Virus record (IMG/VR): IMGVR_UViG_3300042520_001767 | Location: 130,625 to 194,624 of that record | Reading direction: 5' to 3' (one strand) | Origin: a virus | Length of the DNA: 64,000 nt | Shown here: piece by piece, positions 47,981-56,412 of the stretch | How positions within the stretch are numbered: position 1 is the stretch's first letter | Layout of the letters: every line of letters starts with the position of its first letter | Notes under the pieces: generated by a model | What the model was told of the DNA's origin: nothing | The model's input: only the letters and a program-made list of their open reading frames with translations | Databases searched by the model: none | Program-made: the position numbers and the translations under genes

Positions 47981-48532
47981 CTATTTATTAATATTATTAT
48001 TAATAATAACTTTTAATTTATCAACATATTTTGGGTCTTCTGCATAATTCTGTTCTAAATATTGAAAATACTCATCTTGACTCTTAATTTCATTCAAGTA
48101 TGCCGCTTGAAATAGGGCATAATCATTTACACAATCACGCCATGTGTCAAAGACTGCATGGCCTTTGTTTTCACCCTTGTTTGTTGTAGGTCTTAATTTT
48201 GCTGGTTTCATACCAAAAAAATTATTATTCTCCTTGAATATAGAACTCTTAAAATGACCACTTTCAAGTTCAGCTTGTGCCAATACTATTTGTGGGTATT
48301 TAATATTCAATTGTAAAATATATTCCTTTAATTTTTCTTTTGAAAATTCATTATATTGTTTCATTACGATTACTTTAGTTTCTTCTGTTACTATAATTGT
48401 CCTATACATTTGAGTTGCCATAATAACCGATACTAAAAATGTTGCAATAACAAAAAATAATGTAAACAACAAAAATTCTTTTGTCGTTACTTTTTTAAAC
48501 GCTAAACGCTCTGCATCAAATTTATAATACAT
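47981..48532 (-). CDS. GH73-like glucosaminidase (cell-wall hydrolase) with N-terminal TM anchor
   Basis: AQAELESG, NNFFGMK, F.TW.DCV.DY, YAEDP.Y..KL. Confidence 0.8.
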   Translation of the reverse strand: MYYKFDAERLAFKKVTTKEFLLFTLFFVIATFLVSVIMATQMYRTIIVTEETKVIVMKQYNEFSKEKLKEYILQLNIKYPQIVLAQAELESGHFKSSIFKENNNFFGMKPAKLRPTTNKGENKGHAVFDTWRDCVNDYALFQAAYLNEIKSQDEYFQYLEQNYAEDPKYVDKLKVIINNNINK

Positions 48533-48692
48533 ATATTTATTTTTTTAATTAATATCTTATTCATTCAATGCAAAGATAAAACAAATAATCCAAACTACCT
48601 AATTTTTTAACAAAAAAAATGAGAATCTTTCGACTCTCATTTCTCCTAGCTTCGGACACAACCCCTAAGCTATCTAATCAAAAAACTATTCC

Positions 48693-48881
48693 TTATAATT
48701 TATTATATCTTTTCATAACCTCAGAATATCGGTCCACCAATTCATCATATAACCCAGAATTGATTGGTTTTAATTTATTTAAGTATTTACCTACATTTGT
48801 ATCTTCAGGTTTTTTTGTTCCTAATTTAATTCCACGAATTCCATTTTCAATGTGTTTAACATAAGTTTCTTCTATAGTCAT
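48693..48881 (-). CDS. Hypothetical protein (62 aa)
   Basis: ORF. Confidence 0.65.
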   Translation of the reverse strand: MTIEETYVKHIENGIRGIKLGTKKPEDTNVGKYLNKLKPINSGLYDELVDRYSEVMKRYNKL

Positions 48882-48952
48882 AATTATGTTTTTATATTTT
48901 TAATAAATGTAACGTTTATATTTCAATAATCCAAATCTTTTTGTAATTATTT

Positions 48953-49285
48953 TTAGTATGCTGAGACTGACATTTTTTGGTTTTGTTCATATGATTGTTT
49001 TTCGAATTCATCATCTGAATTTGAAAGCTCGTGAAAGTATTTTTTTAACTCTTCACTAATTTTGTCTAACTTTAATTTTTGTTTATCCGTACATGGTAAA
49101 TTAAAAGCTTCAATTGTATTATTAACACAAACTTTACCTAACATACCACCACCCAAATAATTTTGATAAGCACTCATTTTATGACCCTTAAAACCCTTAC
49201 GGGTTAAATCAATTTCAATCCCACCACCTCTATGTGAAACCTCAAGTCTTAATGTAATTTCTGAGAATTGTATTTTCTTTGCCAT
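48953..49285 (-). CDS. Hypothetical protein (110 aa)
   Basis: ORF after promoter. Confidence 0.75.
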   Translation of the reverse strand: MAKKIQFSEITLRLEVSHRGGGIEIDLTRKGFKGHKMSAYQNYLGGGMLGKVCVNNTIEAFNLPCTDKQKLKLDKISEELKKYFHELSNSDDEFEKQSYEQNQKMSVSAY

Positions 49286-49327
49286 GTTGTTTGTTTTTGA
49301 TTATTTATCAAAGATAAGGATAATATT

Positions 49328-49567
49328 TCAATTATAAAAATATTTTGTGGTATTTTTTGTTAAAATTTTACACAATTCTTCATAGTCATTATCTCGCTCT
49401 TCTTCCGTAGCATAAGAGTAACTTGTATCTTCCACATCAATAAGATAAGGGAAATCTAAATTAAAATCCTCTTCTTTTGATATAGCCATTTTAGTTATAT
49501 CATTCTCAATTGATTCTTGATTCCATTTGATTTTATCAAGGTCAAAGTTTAAATCTCCGTTTGTCAT
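49328..49567 (-). CDS. Hypothetical protein (79 aa)
   Basis: ORF after promoter. Confidence 0.7.
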   Translation of the reverse strand: MTNGDLNFDLDKIKWNQESIENDITKMAISKEEDFNLDFPYLIDVEDTSYSYATEEERDNDYEELCKILTKNTTKYFYN

Positions 49568-49624
49568 AAGTTCTATGTTTTATTTGTTTTATCAAAGATA
49601 AGTATAATATTTCAATTATCCAAA

Positions 49625-49855
49625 TTATAATTCACAAATTCTTAATCCAAAATCAGTTTCTACATAAACCAATTCATTTGTATTACCCTTGTGGACTTCA
49701 TTTAAAACATAATCCAATTCTTCAATAGGGTAATCCCAAATTGTCCACTCTAAAATTTCTTCTGCAAATTCTTGGATGTCTTCAAGTGTTAGGTTTTTTG
49801 TTTCATTATAACCTATTCGCTTTGCGTATTCTTCTAATGATATTGTTTCTAACAT
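49625..49855 (-). CDS. Hypothetical protein (76 aa)
   Basis: ORF after module. Confidence 0.7.
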   Translation of the reverse strand: MLETISLEEYAKRIGYNETKNLTLEDIQEFAEEILEWTIWDYPIEELDYVLNEVHKGNTNELVYVETDFGLRICEL

Positions 49856-49932
49856 AGTGTTTGTTTTTGATTACATTACAAATATAAAAAAAAGAAATGA
49901 CACTACCAAATGATAGTGCCATTATTTTTAAA

Positions 49933-50769
49933 TTAATTTTCTACTTTGTCTAACTCTTTTTGAATAATAGCAACCAATTCATACTTTTCATCAGCCATTG
50001 CTTTTTCTTTGAATCTATCTAATACAAGTTTGTGATATTCACAATCTTCTGTAGGGTAACATTCATGTTCGTATGCTATATCAATAATTGTTGACATATA
50101 GTCACTTAATGAATATTCGTCTTCAAAGTTATCTTCTTCTGTAAACTTTTCTTCGTTACATTCAAAATATGCATCAACATCTCCATATTGTACAATCATT
50201 GCCATCTCCAATGCTTCAAAACTACCACCTTCGGGAACATTTACTTCAACCTCAACTCCACCAACCAAAGTATAAGTACCTACATTATATCCAAAGTCTT
50301 CATCAGAATATTCAACTTCAAAACGTGCTTCGGGATATTTTTCAGATAGTTTCACAAGTAAAGCAAATGGTGTACTCCATGCTGTATTAAAACTAATTAA
50401 GTTATCAGATATAGTTACTTCACTAGCATTCCACTTTGTACCCCAATTATTTATTTGCCAACCATACCAATCAGAAAACCCATATTTTTCAATAAACTTA
50501 TCAGACATTTTTTTTGTAATACCTCTTGATAAACCCCAAGCCTTTTCACTATCGGTTAATTCACCTTTTGCAATACGTTCTTCTTGTGCTTCGTATTCTT
50601 TTTTTGTAATTATTTTTACGGGACTTGTTGTACCCTCTAATTCTTTTGGAATAGGTGCAACTTTATCAAAATCAAATTCACTTCTTTCACTTTTGATTTC
50701 ACTTTTTATCTTTGCTAATAATTCATCACTCGCATTGATATTCACATTGTTTGTTATCCAGTTTGGCAT
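49933..50769 (-). CDS. DUF1281/YubB ferredoxin-like domain protein
   Basis: MPNWITN start; WY.W..NNWGTKWNA...F.TAWSTP...YSDEDFG. Confidence 0.7.
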   Translation of the reverse strand: MPNWITNNVNINASDELLAKIKSEIKSERSEFDFDKVAPIPKELEGTTSPVKIITKKEYEAQEERIAKGELTDSEKAWGLSRGITKKMSDKFIEKYGFSDWYGWQINNWGTKWNASEVTISDNLISFNTAWSTPFALLVKLSEKYPEARFEVEYSDEDFGYNVGTYTLVGGVEVEVNVPEGGSFEALEMAMIVQYGDVDAYFECNEEKFTEEDNFEDEYSLSDYMSTIIDIAYEHECYPTEDCEYHKLVLDRFKEKAMADEKYELVAIIQKELDKVEN

Positions 50770-50830
50770 AATGTTTTGTTTTAATTGATTAGTTATACAA
50801 ATATAAGGCTTTATTTTGATATATCCAAAT

Positions 50831-51037
50831 TTATAACATAGATAATATCACTTTTCTATAAGATTTTTTAAAACCCCTTGCTTTTAATTCTCTCCATACA
50901 TGGTCAGAATCTAATAACTCACAACTAACCATTAAATTATCATTACTAAAAATATCAATTACGTAACCATTCGGATTGTAATATACCATTACTTTTGTGA
51001 TACCTTTTTCTACTTGACCTAAATAAATCTTTTCCAT
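50831..51037 (-). CDS. Hypothetical protein (68 aa)
   Basis: ORF after promoter. Confidence 0.65.
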   Translation of the reverse strand: MEKIYLGQVEKGITKVMVYYNPNGYVIDIFSNDNLMVSCELLDSDHVWRELKARGFKKSYRKVILSML

Positions 51038-51116
51038 TTTGTTTTTGATTATGAATCAAAGATAAGGATTATATTTCTATAATCCAAATCTTTTTGTAAT
51101 AATTTTATATAATCTA

Positions 51117-51329
51117 TTATTCAATTTGATTATATCCAAAACCTAATATTTTAACTTCTTTTTTACTTGAATCACAACCAATCACATTACAAATTTCAAC
51201 CCATCCATATTCTGAATAGTCTTCAGCATATAAAATAAGATTGAAACCCTCTGCTTTTGTTTCCCAATTCTTTTGTTTTAAAGCTTCGACTTGGTGTGGT
51301 GCTAAAATCTTTTTAAATTCTTTTTCCAT
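51117..51329 (-). CDS. Hypothetical protein (70 aa)
   Basis: ORF after module. Confidence 0.7.
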   Translation of the reverse strand: MEKEFKKILAPHQVEALKQKNWETKAEGFNLILYAEDYSEYGWVEICNVIGCDSSKKEVKILGFGYNQIE

Positions 51330-51406
51330 AGTGTTTGTGTTTATTGATTAGATTACAAATATAAAACAAATAATCCATATTACCTAACATAATATGGATT
51401 ATTTTT

Positions 51407-51715
51407 TTAATAAATTGCAATTTGTTTTAATTCCACATCACGGATATATTCTTCTCCATCTTCATCAAAACAATTAAAACTCATATAAAATACACTGGTA
51501 TTGTTTTCATAAGGTAAAATAACACTTTTAAGAGTTTTTTCATCATGAATAACCTTAACACGTTCTTCATAACAAAATTCATCTTCGATTGCTTGACCAA
51601 CCTTATTAACAAGGTTAGCATAAAAATTATCATTTAATAAAGTGTCATCAATATCTTTGATGATTGCAAACACTTCACTCTCGCCCATTTCATTCAATGT
51701 ATAATTCTTTATCAT
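51407..51715 (-). CDS. Hypothetical protein (about 102 aa)
   Basis: Start MIKNY after leader. Confidence 0.7.
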   Translation of the reverse strand: MIKNYTLNEMGESEVFAIIKDIDDTLLNDNFYANLVNKVGQAIEDEFCYEERVKVIHDEKTLKSVILPYENNTSVFYMSFNCFDEDGEEYIRDVELKQIAIY

Positions 51716-51796
51716 AATTTCTTTGTGTTTATTGATTAGATTACAAATATAAAACAAATAATCCATATTACCAAACATAATATGGATTATTTTTAT

Positions 51797-51961
51797 TTAT
51801 TCTTCATTCATTCTTCTAGTTAATTCTTTTCTAGCTAAATCCATAAAATACCAATCATAACAAGTAGAAAAATGAACCCCAAAATAATCATCTTCTGCTT
51901 TCCCTTTTAGGTACAGTTTGATATAAGTTAAGAAAATATAATCATATCGTAACTTATTCAT
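51797..51961 (-). CDS. Hypothetical protein (54 aa, not in track)
   Basis: Manual: MNKLRYDYIFLTY...RRMNEE. Confidence 0.55.
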   Translation of the reverse strand: MNKLRYDYIFLTYIKLYLKGKAEDDYFGVHFSTCYDWYFMDLARKELTRRMNEE

Positions 51962-51990
51962 TTTTAGTTAAATATCGTATAGTAGTGTAG

Positions 51991-52013
51991 CTGTTAGTAA
52001 GTAGTTATAAGAA
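51991..52013 (+). mobile_element. Array head site B (attI-like or half attC)
   Basis: CTGTTAGTAAGTAG|TTATAAGAA. Confidence 0.55.
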
Positions 52014-52020
52014 ATAAAAA

Positions 52021-52176
52021 TTATTTCTCATCTCTTATCTTCAACATCCAATCAGCCATATTATATGCGCTTTTTGAAAGTTCTTTATAGTTTTCTAAAT
52101 GCTTTGTTCTTGTATAAATTATTTCCATAGCTTTTATCGCTAGTTTATCTCTTAAAGTTAATTTATTTTTACCCAT
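52021..52176 (-). CDS. Cassette ORF (51 aa, not in track)
   Basis: Manual: MGKNKLTLRDKLAIKAMEII...KIRDEK. Confidence 0.65.
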   Translation of the reverse strand: MGKNKLTLRDKLAIKAMEIIYTRTKHLENYKELSKSAYNMADWMLKIRDEK

Positions 52177-52188
52177 AATTTTTACTTC

Positions 52189-52322
52189 TTATAACAGCAA
52201 TTACACGCTATTGCTAGATTGTGATTAATTTAAACTTTGTTTTGTATCTTAAAGTTCCGTGTTAAACTGAAAGATAGTTTTGTGCTTTTACGCAACAGAC
52301 GTGTAGTTGCAGAACGTTATAT
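52189..52322 (+). mobile_element. attC-like site 3 (near-identical to site 1)
   Basis: TTATAAC-A-GCAATTACACG...CGTGTAGTTGC-AGAAC-GTTATAT. Confidence 0.78.
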
Positions 52323-52328
52323 GATAGC

Positions 52329-52559
52329 TTACCCAACATCGTGTCCGAACTTTATATCGAAATAATTTGAACTATCAATCACATCGTTTTCATTTGCACA
52401 ATAACCATCAAGCCAAGCATCTGTAATTTGCTCTTTTTCTAATTCAATATATTTTTTATTTTTAATTATTGCTAATACGCTTCTACCTACAAATCCTGAA
52501 TCTCCTTCTTTTTTAGCTAATTCTGTAAAATCATTGATTAATTTTTGTAATGCTGTCAT
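52329..52559 (-). CDS. Cassette ORF, hypothetical (about 76 aa)
   Basis: Start MTALQKL; between attC 3 and 4. Confidence 0.75.
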   Translation of the reverse strand: MTALQKLINDFTELAKKEGDSGFVGRSVLAIIKNKKYIELEKEQITDAWLDGYCANENDVIDSSNYFDIKFGHDVG

Positions 52560-52583
52560 AATCTTTGTGTTTAAAAAGCCATC

Positions 52584-52714
52584 ATATAACAATTCATTGT
52601 AGCAATTGTGGCACTTGGCTTTATTAATAATTGGTTTTGTACTTGTTTGGTTAGGTTTTAATTCGATAATTTGGCAGTCCTAATCCACAACTGCAACAAT
52701 GCTTAACGTTATAA
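52584..52714 (+). mobile_element. attC-like site 4
   Basis: ATATAAC-AATT-CATTGTAGCAATTGTGG...CCACAACTGCAACAATG-CTTAAC-GTTATAA. Confidence 0.72.
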
Positions 52715-52720
52715 GTAATA

Positions 52721-52942
52721 TTATTTTTGTTGCTCATCCGTAATAAATCCACCTATCCTTCCAAATCCTTCCCTCTCATATACATAAACAAATTTACCTT
52801 TAGCATTTTTAAATAAATTTTCAATATTATTAGTTTGTTTAACTGAGTAAATTTCACCATTTTCATTAATCATTATTACGGATGGTACATAAAACCAATC
52901 TTTAACCTCATATTTTTTTGCTAATTCATTATATTTTTCCAT
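52721..52942 (-). CDS. Cassette ORF, hypothetical (73 aa)
   Basis: Between attC 4 and 5. Confidence 0.75.
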   Translation of the reverse strand: MEKYNELAKKYEVKDWFYVPSVIMINENGEIYSVKQTNNIENLFKNAKGKFVYVYEREGFGRIGGFITDEQQK

Positions 52943-52980
52943 AATTTCTTTTTATATCGTAAAACAAAAATAATACATAT

Positions 52981-53034
52981 TTATAACAAATGATAAACAA
53001 CATTAAAACGATTGTTTATCATCGGACGTTAGCA
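52981..53034 (+). mobile_element. attC-like site 5 (short, 54 bp)
   Basis: TTATAAC-AAA-TGATAAACAA...TTGTTTATCA-TCGGAC-GTTAGCA. Confidence 0.75.
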
Positions 53035-53041
53035 GAAATGG

Positions 53042-53467
53042 CTACTGACCGTACTTCATTGAAAGTTCTTCAAATTTTCTGCGTTCAGATTGTTCCTTTA
53101 ATCTTTTATCTCTTGCTTCTCTTAATTTAGGTAGTCTAACTTTGATATTACCCAACCACTCATTAAAACACACTTTTACATTTTCAAAATATTCAGGTTT
53201 ATCACAATCTTGTTTTCTACCATAAAATATCTCTCCATTGTCATCTACTATAATGTTTTGCTTTTGAAAAGTAAGGTTACTGAATGAAAACAACCCACCA
53301 AAAGGATAGTCGTTGAATGAAGAAGAAGATTGTTTATGCCATCTTTTGCAAGCCGATAATAAGTCTTTTTCATTTTCAATCGTACAACTATCATCCCAAG
53401 TGTCTTCATTATACATATAATGTCCTCTTTGAGAGTAGTTCACTATAATTCTTATTTTACGTTCCAT
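53042..53467 (-). CDS. Cassette ORF, hypothetical (141 aa)
   Basis: Between attC 5 and 6. Confidence 0.75.
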   Translation of the reverse strand: MERKIRIIVNYSQRGHYMYNEDTWDDSCTIENEKDLLSACKRWHKQSSSSFNDYPFGGLFSFSNLTFQKQNIIVDDNGEIFYGRKQDCDKPEYFENVKVCFNEWLGNIKVRLPKLREARDKRLKEQSERRKFEELSMKYGQ

Positions 53468-53513
53468 TTTTCTGTGTTTTTAAATTATACCCTTGTAAAT
53501 TAACCGCCACTAC

Positions 53514-53644
53514 CGCTAACAAGGGTTTGTAGCAATAGGGGCAGAAGTGCTTTAATTAAGCTGTGTACTTCTAATCAGCTTTGGTGGTACATTGAACAGT
53601 AGTGCTATAAATCCCCTACTGCTACAAGCCCAGAATCGTTAGGC
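53514..53644 (+). mobile_element. attC-like site 6
   Basis: CGCTAAC-AA-GGGTTTGTAGCAATAGGGG...CCCCTACTGCTACAAGCCC-AGAATC-GTTAGGC. Confidence 0.78.
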
Positions 53645-53872
53645 AAAATGTAAAACAGAACCACCACTTGATATAGCTAAATTATTTGCGGTTGAATATT
53701 CCATTTTTCTTGCTTCGTCTTTATCAAAAGTCCAATTAAATTTATACCCATTTAATGTGCTATATCCGTGTCCTTTCATAAATTTTTTACCCTTTTTAAC
53801 CAAATACACTTCGCCTAACATCCGTTTTGCGTCAGGCGGGTTTTGGTGGTTAATTTTTGTTTCTGTTTTCAT
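53639..53872 (-). CDS. Cassette ORF (77 aa) whose N-terminus is encoded inside attC 7
   Basis: MKTETKINHQNPPDAKRMLGEV reads through the site. Confidence 0.65.
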   Translation of the reverse strand: MKTETKINHQNPPDAKRMLGEVYLVKKGKKFMKGHGYSTLNGYKFNWTFDKDEARKMEYSTANNLAISSGGSVLHFA

Positions 53873-53946
53873 ATCAAATTTTGTAATTAAGTGAAAGTTT
53901 TGTGCTTCGATTTCCCGCCCGAACGCAAAGCGGAGTTCCGTTAGCA
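53813..53946 (+). mobile_element. attC-like site 7
   Basis: GCCTAAC-AT-CCGTTTTGCGT-CAGGCGGG...CCCGCCCG-AACGCAAAGCGG-AGTTCC-GTTAGCA. Confidence 0.78.
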
Positions 53947-53950
53947 GTAA

Positions 53951-54133
53951 TTATTCCCACTTTGGTGCTCTATCGTGTTCAATACATAAATTTTCAACTA
54001 TGCTTTGAGCAATTATCTCTAATTCTTCCTCGTCAATATGGTTTATCAATACGGAGTTTCTTAATGTATCTAAAACATTTTCTTTTGTGCTTTGTGTTGC
54101 CATCACGTTTAGTATTATAACTACTGCTAACAT
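53951..54133 (-). CDS. Cassette ORF, hypothetical (50-60 aa)
   Basis: Between attC 7 and truncated attC 8. Confidence 0.6.
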   Translation of the reverse strand: MLAVVIILNVMATQSTKENVLDTLRNSVLINHIDEEELEIIAQSIVENLCIEHDRAPKWE

Positions 54134-54250
54134 TCGCTAAACAATAGTTGGGTTAATTTTTAAATTTAAAGTTCAGTTTGTACTTTTTTAATCAGTCTTT
54201 TACCTAAGTTTGGGTTTGTGACCATTTTTGAATTTCGTTTGTTTCAAGTA
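54125..54250 (+). mobile_element. attC-like site 8, left arm only
   Basis: TGCTAAC-ATT-CGCTAAACAATAGTTGGG...; right arm replaced by a 31-codon ORF and a promoter module. Confidence 0.55.
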
Positions 54251-54360
54251 CTTTAATATCATAAAGTTCATGGAATACACTTTTTTTATTAGTTGCCATA
54301 CGTTTAATTGATTAGATTACAAAGATAAGGCGAATATTTCTATTCGCCAAAAACTAAATG

Positions 54361-54504
54361 TTAAAGTTTTGTTAAACATTCATCACAAACAATACTATCA
54401 TCTTCCAAAACCCACATTTTACCATCTTGAAATAAATCTTCTTCATATTCGTAGAATTCAATGTGTTGACAAATTACACAAGTTAACCTTATATCATTTT
54501 CCAT
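54361..54504 (-). CDS. Small Cys-rich protein (47 aa, not in track)
   Basis: Manual: MENDIRLTCVIC...VCDECLTKL. Confidence 0.55.
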   Translation of the reverse strand: MENDIRLTCVICQHIEFYEYEEDLFQDGKMWVLEDDSIVCDECLTKL

Positions 54505-54528
54505 AGTTATAAATTAATCTCAAAGATT

Positions 54529-54831
54529 TTAATTACAATTTTTGCATAGGTCTTGGTCATCATCTACATCGAAATCCATTTCTTCTCTATTAAAATGCTC
54601 ATGACAAGAATTACACATAAATAGGGGTTCTCCTATATTACAGAAAAAATCCTCTTCTACAAAATATACCGTTTCGTAATAAGCTATTACAATATCCATA
54701 GGGATTTCACTTTCATCTTCTACTTCTCTTCCAACTACCTCTTCTAAAGAACCATCGTCTTTGTGTTGGCTGTACCAACGACTTCTTAATTCTTGTAATT
54801 CATCTTGGTTTAACTCGTGTACTGATTTCAT
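54529..54831 (-). CDS. Hypothetical protein with C-terminal Zn finger (100 aa)
   Basis: CNSC...CKNC. Confidence 0.7.
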   Translation of the reverse strand: MKSVHELNQDELQELRSRWYSQHKDDGSLEEVVGREVEDESEIPMDIVIAYYETVYFVEEDFFCNIGEPLFMCNSCHEHFNREEMDFDVDDDQDLCKNCN

Positions 54832-54841
54832 AATATAAGTT

Positions 54842-55021
54842 TTAAAGGTTAACTGAACTTGCTACTTCATTTCTAATTTTATCTGCATTAATACCTACTG
54901 CTTCTAAAATACTTTCCATACCAACAAGTTTGTAATATAATTTATCATATTCTTTACTTGTACTATTAGATAGAAAAAATTCTTTTAAAGTTAATCTATA
55001 TTTTGCTATTGCTTTTTCCAT
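54842..55021 (-). CDS. Hypothetical protein (59 aa, not in track)
   Basis: Manual: MEKAIAKYRL... after module. Confidence 0.6.
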   Translation of the reverse strand: MEKAIAKYRLTLKEFFLSNSTSKEYDKLYYKLVGMESILEAVGINADKIRNEVASSVNL

Positions 55022-55089
55022 GATTTTTCTTTGTGTTAATTGATTAGATTACAAATATAAGTAAAAAAATTATATCTACCAAATTTATT

Positions 55090-55386
55090 TTATGCTATTT
55101 TATATAACATAAGGGTATAATTTTCAGTACTAGCATACCAACCCCTTTTTATACACCATTCATTGAATTTGATATAAACATCAATATCATATCGCTTATT
55201 ATCATAAATCCTATTATCTAAACTACATATAGGATTTTTATCCTTATCAGTATATGACACATCTGAACCATTTCTTAACCATAAACAATTATAATTGCAT
55301 ATATCATTACTAAACTCAAGTCCATCCTTAATTTCTAAACTAGGAAACCTTTTTTCTAATGCTAAGATTATTTCTGTTTTTGTCAT
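55090..55386 (-). CDS. Hypothetical protein (98 aa)
   Basis: ORF after module. Confidence 0.7.
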   Translation of the reverse strand: MTKTEIILALEKRFPSLEIKDGLEFSNDICNYNCLWLRNGSDVSYTDKDKNPICSLDNRIYDNKRYDIDVYIKFNEWCIKRGWYASTENYTLMLYKIA

Positions 55387-55472
55387 AATGTCTTTGTGTT
55401 TTTGATTACATTACAAATATAGTGAAAATAAAATAACCCACCAAATAAATGATAGGTTATTTTTAATTTATT

Positions 55473-55709
55473 TTATTCTATATTATTACACAATTCTTCC
55501 ATATAATGATTAACATTTTGATAATGGATTTCAGTTTCATTTATAGCTTCAATTTCAGCATATAATTCAGCTGGTAAGTCGTCAGCATCTAAATAGTCTT
55601 TTCGTTCCTTAAAAACGCTCATTTCACGTTCAAATGTTCCTTTAGTGTTTATTTGACTATCCACATAAACTTTAATTAGTTTTTTTTGTTTGTTTGTTAA
55701 ATTTCTCAT
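55473..55709 (-). CDS. Hypothetical protein (78 aa)
   Basis: ORF after module. Confidence 0.7.
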   Translation of the reverse strand: MRNLTNKQKKLIKVYVDSQINTKGTFEREMSVFKERKDYLDADDLPAELYAEIEAINETEIHYQNVNHYMEELCNNIE

Positions 55710-55794
55710 GATTTCTTTGTGTTAATTGATTAGATTACAAATATAAAACAAATAACCCATATTACCAAACATAATATGGATTATTTTAAATTAT

Positions 55795-56310
55795 TTATTT
55801 ATTTTTAATCTCATATTTTTGACTAACCAATAATTGATTAACGTAAACGAAATAATTTTTTTCATTTTCAGTTTTTAAAATATAAGTATAAGATTCATAT
55901 TTATAACCATTGGTTAAACGAATAGCTTTAATTCTTTTGTTTAAATTAACTAATTCATTTCCTCTTAAATCAAAATAACTTTTACCGTCACAATTAAATT
56001 TTTGCCAAGATTTTAAAACTAATTTAGTATCATCCTCGAATAAGAAAATTATTTCGTCATTTTCCATACAATGACCTATCCCAACTGATTTTACAGATGT
56101 ACTGTTATAACTAATTACCCCACCAATAATTTTAAACATTGGTGTAATACTAAAACCTATTTTACCATCTTCACTACATAATAGACGTTCTGATAAAAAT
56201 ATATATTCTTTATCATTCATAACATCTTTTTCGTAGTTTAATTTCAAATTATTTTGGCTAAAACTCAATGTGCTCAATAGTAGTAGAGCTCCTAATAATA
56301 ATTTTTTCAT
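55795..56310 (-). CDS. Secreted protein (171 aa)
   Basis: Signal peptide MKKLLLGALLLLSTLSFS-Q, Bacteroidota type. Confidence 0.75.
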   Translation of the reverse strand: MKKLLLGALLLLSTLSFSQNNLKLNYEKDVMNDKEYIFLSERLLCSEDGKIGFSITPMFKIIGGVISYNSTSVKSVGIGHCMENDEIIFLFEDDTKLVLKSWQKFNCDGKSYFDLRGNELVNLNKRIKAIRLTNGYKYESYTYILKTENEKNYFVYVNQLLVSQKYEIKNK

Positions 56311-56412
56311 AATTTATTTTTGTTTTAATTGATTAGATTACAAAGATAAGAATAATTTTTTAAATTACCAAACTTTTATTGAATTATTTTTTGGTTCATT
56401 GATAGGTTCGTC

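Noticed and set aside
47063-48140. Duplicated hydrolase 3' end as a DGR template/variable pair
   Set aside because: Differences are not adenine-specific (many T/C third-position changes) and no reverse transcriptase is in the window.
44900-54400. An integrase gene serving the cassette arrays
   Set aside because: No ORF in the window has tyrosine-recombinase size or the R-H-x-x-R-H/W-Y motifs; if it exists it lies elsewhere or in the host.
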